Positions 21,244-35,744 of a stretch of 64,000 nt of DNA are shown piece by piece. The notes under the pieces were generated by a model. The model did no database searches, was not told where the DNA came from, and was given only the letters and a program-made list of their open reading frames with translations. Made by a program: the position numbers and the translations under genes. The stretch covers positions 3,596,001 through 3,660,000 of the forward strand of contig CM074806.1 of the NCBI GenBank assembly GCA_037447605.1. Reading direction: 5' to 3'. The stretch's first letter is position 1, and each line of letters opens with the position of its first letter. This DNA is from Zygnema circumcarinatum SAG 698-1b (lineage: Eukaryota > Plantae > Zygnematophyceae).

Positions 21244-24200
21244 TCACATGGAGGGCGAAGGCATGTCATGATGGGCCAGTGACGTGACAGATGACACGGG
21301 CGACATCGCCTGCCTGCTCGCATTGAGCTCTCCCGCACGCGCTCTCGACGTCTCCCACAGCTGCTGCTCCAGCCCAAGCTTGCGCATCTCTAGCAGCCCT
21401 CGCTCCGCTGAGTTCACCCACAACTTTTCAGGGTTAGCAAGGGAAGGCACTATATGACAATGCAACACTGGTTTAGTAATATTCAAAGGTATACGTATAC
21501 ATAGGCATATACTACAGCTTCATAAATTCGTAGAGTACGGTCAGGTCAGACGTACCATCTACGGCGTCCTGCGGCTTTGGCTGAAAGTTTGTGCGTGCAA
21601 TCCAGTATTGAAGACGGTCGTCGGCCAGATCGGGCTCCACTCCGTTGATCTTCGCTCGTCGCCAAAAATAGATAAGCCAGAACTGGTGTCCCGCCTCCAT
21701 ACGCATTTCCATGTATCAGTTTTCACGCCAGCTTCAGATCCCCATGGCCAGTTCAAACAAGGTATAGCATACCACATGCTGAGGCAACCAAAGCCTTATC
21801 AGAGCTGCAGTTGGAAATGTCTTTTTATTTGTTAGCCTTTCCCTTTTCCACTATGTGGAGCACCTCAAATCGTTTCACTAGTGATTACTTGGATATGCAG
21901 AACTCCTAGACATTCCCCGAGCTGAACTTTTCGGCGTGGTTGAACTGGAGAATTCGTAAAAAAAGCATCAGCCGCCACTAGACGGGATCACGTGAACAAA
22001 GGCTCACAGGTGAACTCGAAAGCACAGAAGGGAGTGACTTCACCAACCTGCTTAAAGCGGACATCTTGAACCTCCTCTTCACTCAAGTCTGTAACAACAA
22101 AACAACAATCACACTGTTCAGCATGGTTCTACAGAGATTTCAAATCTAGCAGAGAGTTTCATACACCGAAAGCGAAGGTTATCCAGCAATTATTCAACTC
22201 CATGTCAGATAGTAATGGAAGTCAGAAAGATACGGAGAAGCTATGAATTGTCTTACCAACAGACTCTTGATGACGAGGGCCTTCGCCAGGGCCACCCGCT
22301 GCCCCATCAAACCAACAACCGTTAGGGAGCCTTCCTTGCAGAAATGATTGTCATGCTCTGAACGATTATCAATAAGCCCCCTTCAAGATTGAAAACAAAA
22401 AGCTAAGCTTCCTCTTTTAAAAATAACCTTTCGCGTCCACTGCTAAAACCCGACAACACTCATGAAACAAAGCATCTACGATGTATGGGGGGCGTGATTC
22501 TTACCAGCATTGCCCATTCGCAACATTGGGGGTCGCCTGTGTTGGGCCATGGCTAGCAGCACCCCTTCTTCCACCTGCAGCAGCAGTTCGATGCCAAAAG
22601 ATGGGTTAAAAAAAAAAAATGAGAGAAGAATCTGAAAGCCAATAGGAACATCTCCTTGGAGAACAACAACTCCAACAACCACATGCCTGTGCTGAACTGT
22701 CTGGAGAATCCTATGCATCAAACTTATGATTGAAAGTGGCAGAGCTTCTAGGATGTGTACCTTGAGGGCGGCAAGATCTCGAAGGCCCTTCTCGGCTTGC
22801 AGCATGCTCTCTACGTTGAAGTCCGAGTTCAGATCTTTCAGTTCTCGGGTGTCCAGAAATCTGTCCTCTGCAAACCACCAAGTATTGCAGAAAACACTTA
22901 CACGTGTCCTCGCTTCGTAGAAAATTGTGAAGATTGGCAAATAGTAAATGCCAAGATTGCAGAAATTAGCTTTCAAATCTGATTCAGGGTAGCAATCAGT
23001 GAACGGGTATATTGGTCTTGAATTGAATTCTAGTTAAAGATCCTGAAACTAGCCTAAATCCTAAATCCTACATTCAGTAATCTCCTCAACAAGGGCAACA
23101 AGGGCAATGTACTCTCTATCACACGCAGGATCGTGCCGACTTCAGCGCATTCAGACGTCTTTCACCACCTTTTCCCCCGTACGTGTAAATTGACTACCTC
23201 TCCTCACCTGTTCGAGAGGACTGACTGTCCATTCATAGCTTATCCATTCCAAAATGTGCAAAGTAAAGTGAAATTTGACGGGTGCCCCTACCCTTGTGCC
23301 CGCTGTCAGAGTTGTGGCTTTGCCAGCGCGACTCCTCGATGGCCTTCTGCCCCTCCCCCATCACGTACTCATAAGGAACAGGTGCGAGGCCATGCCAAAG
23401 CTCCGCCTGAGGGGCCGCCACCTCCGCATGCACGCCTGCACCCACACACAAGGGAGAGATTGGAAGAGAGAACGAGGCAGAATTCAGCATTGCTGCAAGA
23501 GCAGGCTGCATTTCTGAAGGCCTAAAGGACGGCCTTCTCCCACATGCATGTGCTGACTGACACTTGGCTTGTTGAGGTGTGGTTTAGCTCCCTATTTAAG
23601 AAGTGCAGATAATTGGCGCGAAAGTTGCTACAGACAAGGCCTGAGGATGAGTTTCAATCATGCCTCACGTCTGTAACGTAGCAAAACAACTGTAAAAGGA
23701 GACTTGAATATGGGAAGATGCCGCCATAGTATTCTGAGGTAATAAAACGTCCTGAGGGTAATAAGAGTAACGCCTTGCAACTTCATACGGGAAAACCGAG
23801 AAGCTACGCGTTGCATAAATCCACAACCTTCTGGTTGGCATGACCGCGACAACTTAGATATCAAATTTCAGCACATTAAGTGCTTACGGAGTGGAGCAGA
23901 GAGATGAGAAGGAGGCAGCGTGCCGTACCGTGGTGCTTAGCGAGCAGCCAATAGCGCGCAAGCCAACAGCGTTTGAGAACAACCTCTTGCTGCAACCGCC
24001 ATATGCACACAGCTCCATTGGATTAGTTAAGAGACAGCTTAACTGCAGCTTCACTTTATTGGAGACCCGCTGTGAATAGGGGAGAGTAGCAGACCCTACC
24101 AACTTGGCAACAGGTTTATGTTTGTGTGAAGTTGATTTTAGCAGAGTTCGAGGAGTTGGCACTCCATCCAAACGACCCATCAGCTATGCTTTCCACGACA

Positions 24201-27200
24201 ACAGACATCCCCATTAAGCACGCAGCTTCACCTTTTCGTCCGGTGTAAGCAGAAGCCTTGCTGTCACATGGCGCAACTCGCGAACTTGACTCTCTGCCTG
24301 CCTCGCCATGTCGGTAGCATTCACAGCCTCCTCCTTCGCTGCCTGCCATCACTCCCTTCCACAGAAAGGTGCTAACCCTCATCAGTGTTTTGAAGCTTCA
24401 GGCCCATGGGGTTACTTCGCAGTTCAGAGAATGCAAAAAAATGCTCTTTCATACAAAGTAGATTTGAGCCTCAACATAGCACAGCCTCCATGGCAACTAT
24501 GTGAAACAGCTCCGAACTTACCTCTGCTTCTAACCGTAGGGCATTCAGTTCCACCTGCGTCACATCCCTCGACTGCTCCTTTGCAGCCCGAAGGGCCGCC
24601 TGCACATCGACCAAAGCGAATATTAGAACCCGGATTGCCTGAACTCCAAAAATTACCACAAATTACTTAACAATATGAGTTCCCGGAATACATAGATAGC
24701 TAGTACAATAAATTTCAAATATGTAGATTCCCCGCCCTCTAGTTGTTGGAACCGCCAGTAACAATGTCAGACAAAGAACTGCAATGTCCACCAAAACAAA
24801 ACCGTGCAAGTTTAGAATCTCAAACTCCACATTTACCAAGGCCGTTTCATCAATGACGTAGTTTTCCCAAATAGTTCTAGAGTGCCCTGGGTTTAAACGA
24901 GCATTCAGAAGAGACTTCCTCACCTCCTTTTGCCTAATGACTGCTTCCTTCCTGCAAAACAAGCAGCGATAAGCATGTCAGTTACATACAGCACAAGGAT
25001 GCAAACGGCGTACTTCAACAATCCATCATTTATTTCTTCAGTTTCCAGCAAGACCTTCTACCAACACATAAGATTCCGATGGCCCAGGTTCCTCTAAGTC
25101 TTATTTTATTGCGCACAAAAGAGAGAAAGGAAGGATACAGAAACATATGGAGGCTCATGGGGATCAAAATATGAGGAAAAGGCAGGGACGCACTTGGTCA
25201 GTAAGCGGGCTTCCAAAGATATGCCTCCGTCCATAGTCGCAACCTGCAACACAGTGGCGTCCTCACTGTTAACAGACAAGCATCAAGCTTCCGCATTTTT
25301 CATGAAGCCTATAACCTAAAGAAAGTGGCTGCAATCCACTTCCACCCACAGAAGACACAACAAGAAAAAAACATATCGTAACAACACGAATAGGGACAAT
25401 ACCCCGGCCCAACGGCCTTCTGCAACAGAATGTAAAGGACAACAAGAAGGACAACATCCTCCTTTGAAATTCAGGCACCCAAAAAAAAAAAAAAGGAAAC
25501 CTCGATCAAAATGAACGAAGCGTCAAATCCAAACGGCTACAGTTCGTCATCAGAAGCTTATGGGTTATGCTAATCAAGGCCGCCTTCACCTGCTTCTCCA
25601 GTTCATGAACGCGGTCCTGAGAGGCCTTTAGCTGCTCCTCCACCTGTCGCAGCTGCTCAATTATCCCACGCAGAGGACGGGAGATGTGAGGCGACCATGA
25701 CATACACAATTGGCACTGCTGAATGGAGATGCGGACTGGAAATAGAATTGCCGAAGAAGAGCTCCTTGTCACCAAATCAAGCTCTAAGCAAGATAGGCCA
25801 CTCGAGTCAAGTGGAGGATAAATGAAGGAGCATCCGATGCCATTAAGAGAGGGACGAGAATGCTCTGTTCAATTGGATGCTAGAATACGCACCTTGTCCA
25901 CAATAAAGTCGTTCTCATCAGTAAGCACGTCAATCTGCTCACACAAGCACACACACCATACAGCGGTAAAGAAAACGAAGAGATAATATCCGAAGAGCAG
26001 GACATTGCGGACGATGGGGTAGTTAAAAATTTAATGCAATCAATACTCAAACAAATTGGTTTCGAGCGACTACATCAGAAGAAACAACTTCGCTCTGAAA
26101 TTCCTTAAGCCAAATGAATGTGATTAAAACTGTTGTCGTGTAAATGTAAAATCTTTCGTTTTGCTAAAGACATAATGAGGAAGTATTGAACGGCCAAGCA
26201 AACGCCCTGATATGCTCTCAAGGGCATTTGTGGTTTCCTACTGACCTAAACATATGCATAGTTGCTGGCACATAGAATCAAATAATGGACCTACATCATC
26301 GCGAAGCTTGGCTGCTTCTCGCCGAAGCTGCTCTGCTTCTCGAGGTCCTGCTGTGTCCACTTCAGCCCTTCATTCACAATAGACAACATCCTCCCAATAG
26401 TTTCAGATTCATTCAAGTAGTTCAAGGCACAACCTGAGTGGGCGCAGAGAGAGATCAAGGAATGAAATGTGGGACGATGATCCATGTGGTCTGACTAGCT
26501 GCAAGCAGTACCTTCACAGGCAGGTATCCATGTGCAGGTTCATTTCTGAATGCCAATCATGAAATATTCTGCTTATGAAGTTGATACGATACTTCCAGGC
26601 TCATAGATCATCCCCGATCTTCAATGGCTCCAGAATAGACAAACAGGAACGTCCGCCCGAAAAACTTTTGACCAAAACTCTAGTTTGAGAAGTCCTTAGG
26701 AGTAGCAGCCGACAAAGCCTAAAAATTGGCATCCTAAAAATACTGCAGCAGGGAGTATTCAAGAGTTACCCATAGCGCCGCCCAATGCTGCCTCGATGCG
26801 AGTCACTGGAATAGGCATGGTAGCCCGGGCTCGGAGAATATGCCGGCTCCGGGGATAAAGCTCTGGACACAACCGAAGATGGAACTACTCCTCTCCGAGG
26901 GGGATAGGATGGTTGCTGTGGGGGAGCGCGGCTTTGACTTCTACTTTGCTGTAAGGACACACGCCACACGCTGCAAGTAAGCAAAAGTCCCTTTCCCATA
27001 CTCCGGAAAACGTACAATCATCCTTCTTAAACTTCTCATTGTTTAGCCCATTCAGCATCTACTAGCCAATAAATTTCAAACAGTAGACATCAAAATGCCT
27101 CCAAAACATTCAGAAAACTAATCCATGCAACAAGTTCCCAGGATCTCCACTGATGCTTAAAATGTTTTCTCTATGTCATTGATAAGAAGTTTCCTAGCTG

Positions 27201-28490
27201 TTCGCTTTATTGCTAAAGCAACTTCTTACATGCAGATACTGCAGTCTGTACTATACAAACATTTTGTCTTTCCAACGCCAGCCAGTGAAACACTTCAACG
27301 AGCTGAAAGCGTGTATGAATCTAACTTCAAGTTCTCCAATTAGCCTTTGCCACATCGAGCCGGAGGCTTCTCCACTCCGACATACACGTTGACTCACACT
27401 ACCTTTAACTACATTCCTCCCAATTTAGGTTCCGAACTAGCTCATCATTTCTCCCATTTCTCTCATTGATTTGAGTTATTAATCTATACTGATTAATGCT
27501 TTCCAATGTGTGTAGTCACCAAAAACAAGTGACTGTTCACTTCACGACCACGCCAGTAACTTATTCCTCTATCGATCCTGCATGTTCCTAAATAAATATT
27601 TGTTTGACCATTCAACTCCAAAAAGTGGCCGAATTTGTCAGCCCAGTTTGGTCAAACGGTTCTACTAGGAAACGAATCATCTTAAACCAGCTAACATTTT
27701 TCACAAATAAATAAACGGCCAACACCTCTGACCTACCTTCTGCCACCTGCTCGATCAAGATTTCCATATGAGGTCGTCTGAAAGTTCGCCCTTTCTATAA
27801 TCACACCAATGCTACAAAGTCCGTCGGCAACTTTCTAGAAAAACTCTCGTCATATCTCGGCTATTAGTGCGTTTCAGTCTGAGCGGCAAGTGACCTACAC
27901 GGAAACCCTACATTTCACGTTACAGTTCGGAATATCTTTTCAATTATCGGGCCATAGGAAATTTGCTAATCAAAATTCATGTTTTAAGTGCAAAATCATG
28001 GTACTATGGTACTGCAAGTTGATACGACACGCCCATACCACCTAACTCACTAACAGAAAAACAGAAATAAGGTTCTGCCTCCGAGTACAGACTTTCATGA
28101 TTTCCAGTGAAAGTCATCCGCCACAGCTATATGCTTGACAATGGCGGCCTCTCTGACTCGCAGGAGAGCGAATTCAATTTAGAAACATGTCCGATCTAGC
28201 TGTACATAATGCCCTGCTCTCTGTCTGGGAACCTTTTCCCATCCACTCCTGCAAGCTCCAAGTGATGAGTGTGAATAAGGGAGCCTCACAGGAATTACAG
28301 GCTGATACTCATCTTCGTCGCCATCCTCCTCTGCTCCCACCATTATCCGGTGGAGCCTCTTCTGCGCTTCCAATGCAGCATTGACTCTAGCGGTCTTCCC
28401 CCTACTTGACGCTGCTGGAGGCCCTGTTACACCTCCCGCAGCACCCCCCCCCATAGCCGGCCTCCTTGTATAGCCTGAGCCTCCACTCAT
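21244..28490 (-). CDS. SCD2: Coiled-coil protein SCD2-like (stomatal cytokinesis defective 2), multi-exon
   Basis: Starts [10 protein letters not shown]...[20 protein letters not shown]. Later exons encode [98 protein letters not shown] and [27 protein letters not shown], recognised as SCD2-family motifs. Confidence 0.85.
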
Positions 28491-28496
28491 GGCGAC

Positions 28497-28585
28497 TCTC
28501 TCCCCCTCCTCTCCTCTCCCCTTCCTCTCCTCTCCCCTCGTCTCCCTCGACCCTTCTCCTCCCCTCTCCTCTCCTCTCCTCTCCG
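28497..28585. repeat. CT-rich low-complexity tract immediately upstream of the SCD2 ATG
   Basis: Run of CCTCT/CTCTC units. It generates the spurious EERRG-type ORFs in the track. Confidence 0.8.
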
Positions 28586-29418
28586 CCGAGAGGAGGTGGG
28601 AGAGGAGGTGCCGCCCTGTCTGCAGGCGCAGGACTCGAACCCGGACCACAGCGAGAATTTCTCTACCGGAGCAAGCATTTGGGATCTGGCGAGTCCACTA
28701 GGATCAATACTCCAAATCTGTCAGCCAATCAAGGCGTTGACCGCGTTCAGGCTCGCAAGTGGATCTGTCGGAAGTTGAACTTGAGTCAATCGAAGGAGTT
28801 GATTCAATCCGTGCAACAGAGCACGGAACTGTGACGACGCGAACTGTAACTGGTACATAGAACATGTTGACCCAGGAAAGTGACCTCTGGAGACTAGGTC
28901 AAGATGGGATTTGAGGGCAACGAAGGGTAGAAGAAGTAGAAGAAGGAGAAGGAGAAGAAGAAACAATGTCAAATGGGCTTCTGACATTCGGCCTTGGTCT
29001 CGTCCCTCGTATTCGCACGCCTCCTCTCCAAACATGGTGACATTCCAATGAAGCATCTTTTCCCTTATGGCTTTGATGTGTCCCAATGCCCACACCTCAC
29101 GTTTGTAACGAACAGTGGACCACACCTCTTCAAGGGCATATCAGGCCCATCCTTCCATCCATCATCACGAAGCCCTTCAAAATCCTGGCAAGAAGGGACC
29201 GACGAATAATGAACTAATTCACAGCGCTATACAACTCTGCCAAACCAAAAGCGGCAGGTGTTCACAAGGGCCGCGAGCATTCTACGACACCTTCTAACGG
29301 AACTACAGAAAGAATTTTAAATAGAGTACCTGCACCTGCTACTGCTGCCCTGCCTTCTCTTGCCCAACATGAGCCTGCCGTCTTGAACGTACTGCAAGCC
29401 TGCAAACTCTATCAACAA

Positions 29419-32400
29419 TCAGTCCTGCGCTTTGGACTCGGCCATCTCTGTAGCAGCGCTGGCTGCCCCGTTTGTGACCTCTGCCGCTGCTTCTGCGAGC
29501 AGGCCCTGCAGGTCCTCCGACCTGTCGTTTGGTATGCAGTGGTCTCTCAGCACATCGGCTGTCGCAGCTCTTGCAGCATTTGCATCAATCACGACAATCT
29601 CCAAATGTTCCAAGTCAAAGCGAATGTACGGGGCTGAGCAGGCTGCACACATAAACACGCTTAAACAAACAATGATTAGTCTGAAGTTGCATCTCGTAAA
29701 TGCAAATCATGTGCTGTGTCGTTTTTCTTGTACCGACGAGAGATACAGCTCTTCCTTTGCTCGTACCAACCAAAAGCTTACAGGATGCCATGCGAGATGC
29801 GCAGGTAAAGGAGCGGGACTCACAGTCCACAAGCTGTGCTAGATGCCGCAAGTTTCGAATTGGCGTGCCGTTGACCTTCAAAACCTGCAGGAGCCATCTT
29901 CCAGTCAGTTGCACAGACTCAGCGGAAAATCGGCAGAGCAGCAAGGAGGCTGAGAAGGCCACTCGCCTGTGTATTGGTCATATCTTCGTACCCGATGTTC
30001 ACATCGTGCGCAAGCACCTGTACCGGATGTACCGCAAAGATGGCAACACAATATAAGCGGGGATGAGAGAGGCGAGGAAGCAAGAAGGGGAGAAAGAGAC
30101 GTCATGCAATAGTCGAGTGAGGCACCTGCGCCAACACCACCACTTGTTGGTCGCCATATTCTGCTTGCCCATGCAGAAGCTTGTCCAGAATTTTCACCTG
30201 CACTCCCTCCTCTCCACGTTACAGCCAAGTTCAACTGTTCATGCTACATTGCACAGCTGAGAAGACATTCACTCTCCTATGCTTCCCCTTCAAACGAAAC
30301 GCCATCACATGCATACTGTAGAAGGCTATATAGAAATACCGGAGTATCGTATTCATAGTCAGAGCCATACTCCGACCTGCAGAAACCCCCCACCCAGTTG
30401 TCTAAGTTGAACAAGCTCGTGAAAGAAAGGAATCACACAAAATAGCTGCATTTTTTCTCGGTTGTACAAGCCCATTTGCAGGAGTCAGACGTACTCCAGG
30501 AAAGGTTGGACGACAGGTGTGAACACAAGGCCTGCCACAATGAAGTATGAGGGTAGACGCCCTCCTATATGAACAGGGATCTGACATCGCCAACAAAGCC
30601 ACAGCTCACAAATTAGCCGTCTGTGTATGTAAACAAGCTGTAGACAATCATACAAAGCAGAAAGGTTTAGCCACCAAGATCCTGAAGAATGGTTTGGTGG
30701 GATTTTCAGCATTTTCAAGCATCGTTTTGCGAAAAGAACACACCAAGCGAATCGGCGCGTTGAGCTGCACTTCCAGCGGCATGCTCTCCCGGTTTCGGAG
30801 AACGAGAAGTTTTGCGCCTTCTCCCGCAAACCTGCATGAAGGAGAGCAGCCCGCCATGATGCTTTCCACCGTTATGGCTGCCCAGATGCAGCGCTAAACG
30901 CGCGGGCAGGTGGAGGGCAGCTTACTGGTGACGCACTTCTGGCTGACTAGAAACCCGAATGATATTCTCTCTCCTGCCCGAAAAGGAACAGTGCCATCAT
31001 TAGCTACTGGGACCCCATCGAACTCCATCAGCACATCTCCCTGCAATGGCAATAGGAGGGAGTGAGCAACTCAGCAGGTGTATCCTTGCTGGAGTGGGAA
31101 AATCGGGTGATCAGCCAACTTGAGGTGGGACGACATTAGCAGCTCCTCTCTAGCTACGATCCCAAAAGAATATCAAACTGTGTTGGAGGATATGTTCATT
31201 AAAACTACATAAAGTGGTGGGCTGCCCACAGATGCACCTCCAAAACGTTAAGACATGGGCATGCTCAGCCAAATGTGAGCTGCCAGCTCGTCTGTCGATA
31301 AATGAAGAAAAGTCCTTCATTCTGCAGGTTCAGTCCCATTCTGCTTTACTTAAGAACTTCCACGATTTCTAGTTGCCTCCTCTTCACATATACCTCGTGG
31401 ATTCCGGCCATGCAGGTCGGGGAATGCTAAAGATAGCCTTGAACTGTCTGAAAACTAATACGGATGTGGGTTCTCTGGGCTCTAGGTTGCTTGGTCTCTA
31501 GGTTCGGAGGTTCTAGGTGCTGTGATTTAAGGTTCTTCACAGAGCTATCCGCACCTCCTTAAGCAGATTGTATGCTTGAGACGTGGGCTCCACCCTTCTG
31601 ATCAGCACACCCTGCAGGCATCCTCCCCAGCAACTGAGTGCGGGCTCAGCCGCAGAATGCAGCCTGCTGACAATGGAGCTAGCCACACTTTCAGAACTAC
31701 TGCAAATGGACAGGCAATGCAAGGTGTAGTACAATTTCAATTCACTTCAACTGCATACATATGCACTCAAATTAGCTTGGCGTCATGAGATGGTTGATAT
31801 TGAATGCCCTTCGACAGTAATGAATAGAGGAAGGCTCTCAAGAACATAAAGCAGCACAGCCCACCTTATTGTGTGTAGCCATGCCAAAGCATGCCCTCAG
31901 AGCGGGGCTCTCCATGCGCTGCCAGCTGATTCCCATTACAGGGAACCCTGCCTCGCCAAACCGAATAAACACGAAGGCAAAAACTCAATAAGCAGTTAAC
32001 TCAGTGGCTCTCTTATAGGCGGAACTTTACAGCATGGCAAACGGCACACGTGCGAGCCGAACCACCCTCACCTGTGTACCGTTCATTGCGACTGTAGTCA
32101 TTTAGGAAATGATAGATGACGGGAGTTGGGATGACATAGCCGATGTTCTCTGCATCAGGGGACTTGAGTGACTGTACCACCACCGCATTTGAACACACAA
32201 TGTGAGGAATTTCCTCAGTAAAGCCATTTCGCTTCGCAGATGGACGCAGAAGGTAGAGCAGGCTTGCAACGAGGCAGCACCTGGAAAGCGATTCCGACGC
32301 ATTTGCCATCGTCATTGAATGCTGGACCACCGCTGTTGCCTGTCAGCCCCAACATCCCACAAGTTTGTGCAAGTTGCAAAGGAGCAAATGGCATATGGAG

Positions 32401-35400
32401 GCGACGAGATGTTCAACCACAGCTTCAGAAATGGTTCAGCACGACAGGATTATGGAGTTACACAAATTCCAACTTTTCGTTTGTAGGTCGATTAAAATTC
32501 ATATCTGCGTAGTGAGTCCATGCAAGGCAACATGCGGCGACCGACGAACATAAATTCATGAATTCTACTTCAATCTCAAGAGAAAGGAATTCAGAGAAGT
32601 GAGGGATGCATTCCATCAGGTATGACCACGTCCATGACCAAGCCAGCTTTCTGTCTAGCAAAGTTAAGTGTGTGCCAACTTTGACTATCTGAACAGAACA
32701 AGAAAGAGTCCGGACAACGAGTGACAGGCGAGTCCAGAAGCTCTCCCTAACAGATTTCAAGGGGGGGAATCAAGCTGCACCTGCCTGCATTTATGGCGGC
32801 ATCGATCTGAAAGTAGAACGAACAAGTAAAGAAAATTAGAAACATGACAAGCGAAAGCATTGACAGCTACCACTAGCCCAGTCAAAATTAGCATACCACA
32901 CAAATAAGAAGACGCGTCAAAGGAGACAAGGCCCTGAAATCCCGAGATAACCGAAAGAGTACAATGGAGGAGAAAACACACCCACCTGCACTGCGAGCAG
33001 CTCCGACGAGCCATGCACGTACGAGGTCACCTGCGAACCCATCCAACACCTGACTGAGCACCCTTCTTCCCCTTCCCCGAATAGTGGTGTGGCGCTACGC
33101 TCAAGAGCAGGGTGGGGTTCCACACACACCTCAATCCGGGAAACCACTCCGCGTGTGACGGATATCGTGTCTCCGCCAATGGGATAGCCCACCACCGTCA
33201 CCGCGTCCTGCTCTATCACCAATCAGGCAGGCGGACTTAGAGGAGACAGTTGTGCTCCTAGCCAGAGCCGGAACCCTCATGAACTGCATGACTGCAGGAC
33301 TGCATGAACCTTGCACGACAATCGTATATGGACAGAAATGATTGCACTTTTACAACCATAATTCAATATGTTTCAAGTAGACCCCCTTTGTGCAAGCATT
33401 TACAGCAACTGGCGTAAGGTCTATTTAGAGCTAAAGCGGCGGGTTCACCTGCAAACGAGGTAGACTCCCGAACTCGAGGGGTTCAGGTCCCGCCCAAAAG
33501 GCTTCATCCTCAACCGTCAGCAACGCAATATCGCATTCGGTGCCGATAGCCAGCACTGTTGCCACAAACTTAGTGTCATCACCTCGCCGCTTCACCTTCA
33601 CCTGTTACTCTCCAAGTCCCCCTCGCATGTGAGAGAGTCTCGCTCCCAAGACAAAAGACTTCAAAACGCAAATGCTCATTGTGGAACTTGTTGCAGGTGG
33701 TTCCAAGTTACCTGGGAATGGTGCTCCACACAGTGCGCATTGGTGAGGACTTGTCGCCCAGCGATCATAAAGCCACTCCCAGTCGAAGAATATTGTCTCC
33801 GCTTCTGCCAAGGCAGCGAAAAGTTGGGTTCCGTGTGTGTGCAATAAACCTGCAGCCCCTCACCACCAGTTATATGCAGAAAGCACGTGTCGGCCACGCC
33901 GCATAGCCATGGTTCCATTAGCCAGACAAACAGGGCTAGGCATGAGCGGGTTTTAATAGATCTCCCACCTTTACAACAGCATCCATGAAGGGAGCATCTG
34001 GCTCCGGTTCTGCATCGTCACCGTGCATCTGGCACACAGTACGATTCCCCATCAAACTGCATCCTGTCAAACATCAATGGGATAGATACACTTCTAAACT
34101 GATCCTCTCTGGACTTAATACCCCCACGGGCTATGATGCAATCGCGATGCCTTCGGATTCAGCTTGTTTAACCATTCAAACAGAACTATGTAAAGAAAAT
34201 GAAGTTCGAGTGATCAGAACGAACCCCAAACTGCCAAGCATAGTCGTCCGAAAACCAGCTAGGAGGATGCTCTTTGCTTTCCCCGGCCTTCCCATGACCT
34301 GCTTCTCCGCTACGTCCTCCCTTCCGGTCAGCGTCCCGGGGCTTTTCTCGGCTTCGCCGTCCTCCACTCACAGGTCCATCAGTTCTGTGCAATTTCTCTT
34401 CTTTTCCTGATGAGTTTGGCGCAGAACTGAGATGTGCACCATGACCGACAGAAGGTTTGGTCCTCTTGGAAGCCTGCAGAGACATTATCCATAACATTCT
34501 CATCTGAAACTCATTCTTACAAATCTAAAGTGCTTCAGATACTTCATCGTGTAAGAATACAAAGGAAAGGTTCACATGATCATGACTTTTATACTCTTGA
34601 GTCCAGTTGCCTCACACCTTACCTAAAACTCATCTTCAGCTCCAACTACAACCAGAATTTGTAAACTTAAGAGTCCTCCTTTCAATTAATGTAAAGCCCC
34701 TGCTACCACAAGCCTTAAGGGCAGTGGCTTTCTTCTCACGCGCAGAGAATGTCGGTTTAGGTTACAAGTCCTACTAACGTCATAATACAAACTCATTCAT
34801 CACTAGCTGCAAACTGACATCAGGCCCTCTGAGCAAGCAACATTGGCCGCGATTGTTGACTACAGCTGTTCTAATTCTTGCCTATAGCCCATTTGATGTA
34901 CTTGCAAGAGCGAGTACATCGAGAATTCCCATTAACAGGGACTCTGAACCCAAGCTACATGCTGCCTGCTCGCACCTCAATTTGAATTTAAAGCTACAGT
35001 CAGAGTAAACCTAGGCATTTTGATAATTGGCCGTTTGCAGAAAGTTTCAATTGAAAACAATTTAAACAGGGCAGGCTGGGTTTTCTTCCCTCAGACGCTC
35101 CCCAAACCCCCCACACTCTTCCCTCTCACCTGCTTCAGCAACAGAGAAAAAAGTGAGAATTGATCAGATTCCGCCATTCCAAGCAGAAAAGAGAGATAAA
35201 ACAGCTTACCATGCAGGAAATTTCCGCAGGGCTGTGCCAGCTTCTCCTCCCCGACAGAGGGATGCGGAAGAGAGGACTTGGTGCAGGCAGAGGCCGAAGG
35301 CGGCAGAGCGCATGAGGAGGAGGGCGCAGATGGCGCAGCAGAGGAGCGGACATGGAGGGCGGAGGACAGAAACACGAAGAGGGAGAGTAGCGAGGCTCCG

Positions 35401-35499
35401 TCTCTGCAGGGACGGAGGCAGTGCTCCGGATAGGAGGCGGGCGGGAGAGAACGAGAAAAGAAGCTTTTTTGTTACACACTATGCCCTCACCGCCGCCAT
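29419..35499 (-). CDS. Deg/HtrA serine protease, Deg2/Deg9 type, multi-exon; 5' end uncertain
   Basis: The catalytic triad is present: [10 protein letters not shown] (His), GTECDIALL (Asp) and [16 protein letters not shown] (Ser). Also seen are [55 protein letters not shown], the PDZ segment [11 protein letters not shown], and a C-terminus ending [14 protein letters not shown]...KAQD* at 29419. The start codon was not resolved. Confidence 0.9.
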
Positions 35500-35744
35500 G
35501 GTCGTTGCTGCAAGATCCGGAGGGTGAGAACGGCGAGCTACCTTTCGCCTCCTTAAGAGGCGAGGAGGAGCAGGAGGTAGGGAAGGAGGGGAGAAAGGAG
35601 AGAGAGGCGAGTGAGGAGAGGAGCGGAGAGGGAATCTGGGAGGAGGTACAGAGCGCTTATGAGCTGCGCAGGTGAGGCTTTCTGAGAGCTCGTCGACGCT
35701 GCTGCAGGGGCAGCATATGAAGCTAATGCTCGTGTTTTTATCTG

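Noticed and set aside
28618-28690. tRNA-like B-box (GGGTTCGAGTCC on the minus strand) with a GCTC..GGTAGAG D-arm-like stretch upstream of SCD2
   Set aside because: The spacing is about 8 nt too short, there is no anticodon arm or acceptor stem, and the T-stem is imperfect. At most a SINE-like relic or chance.
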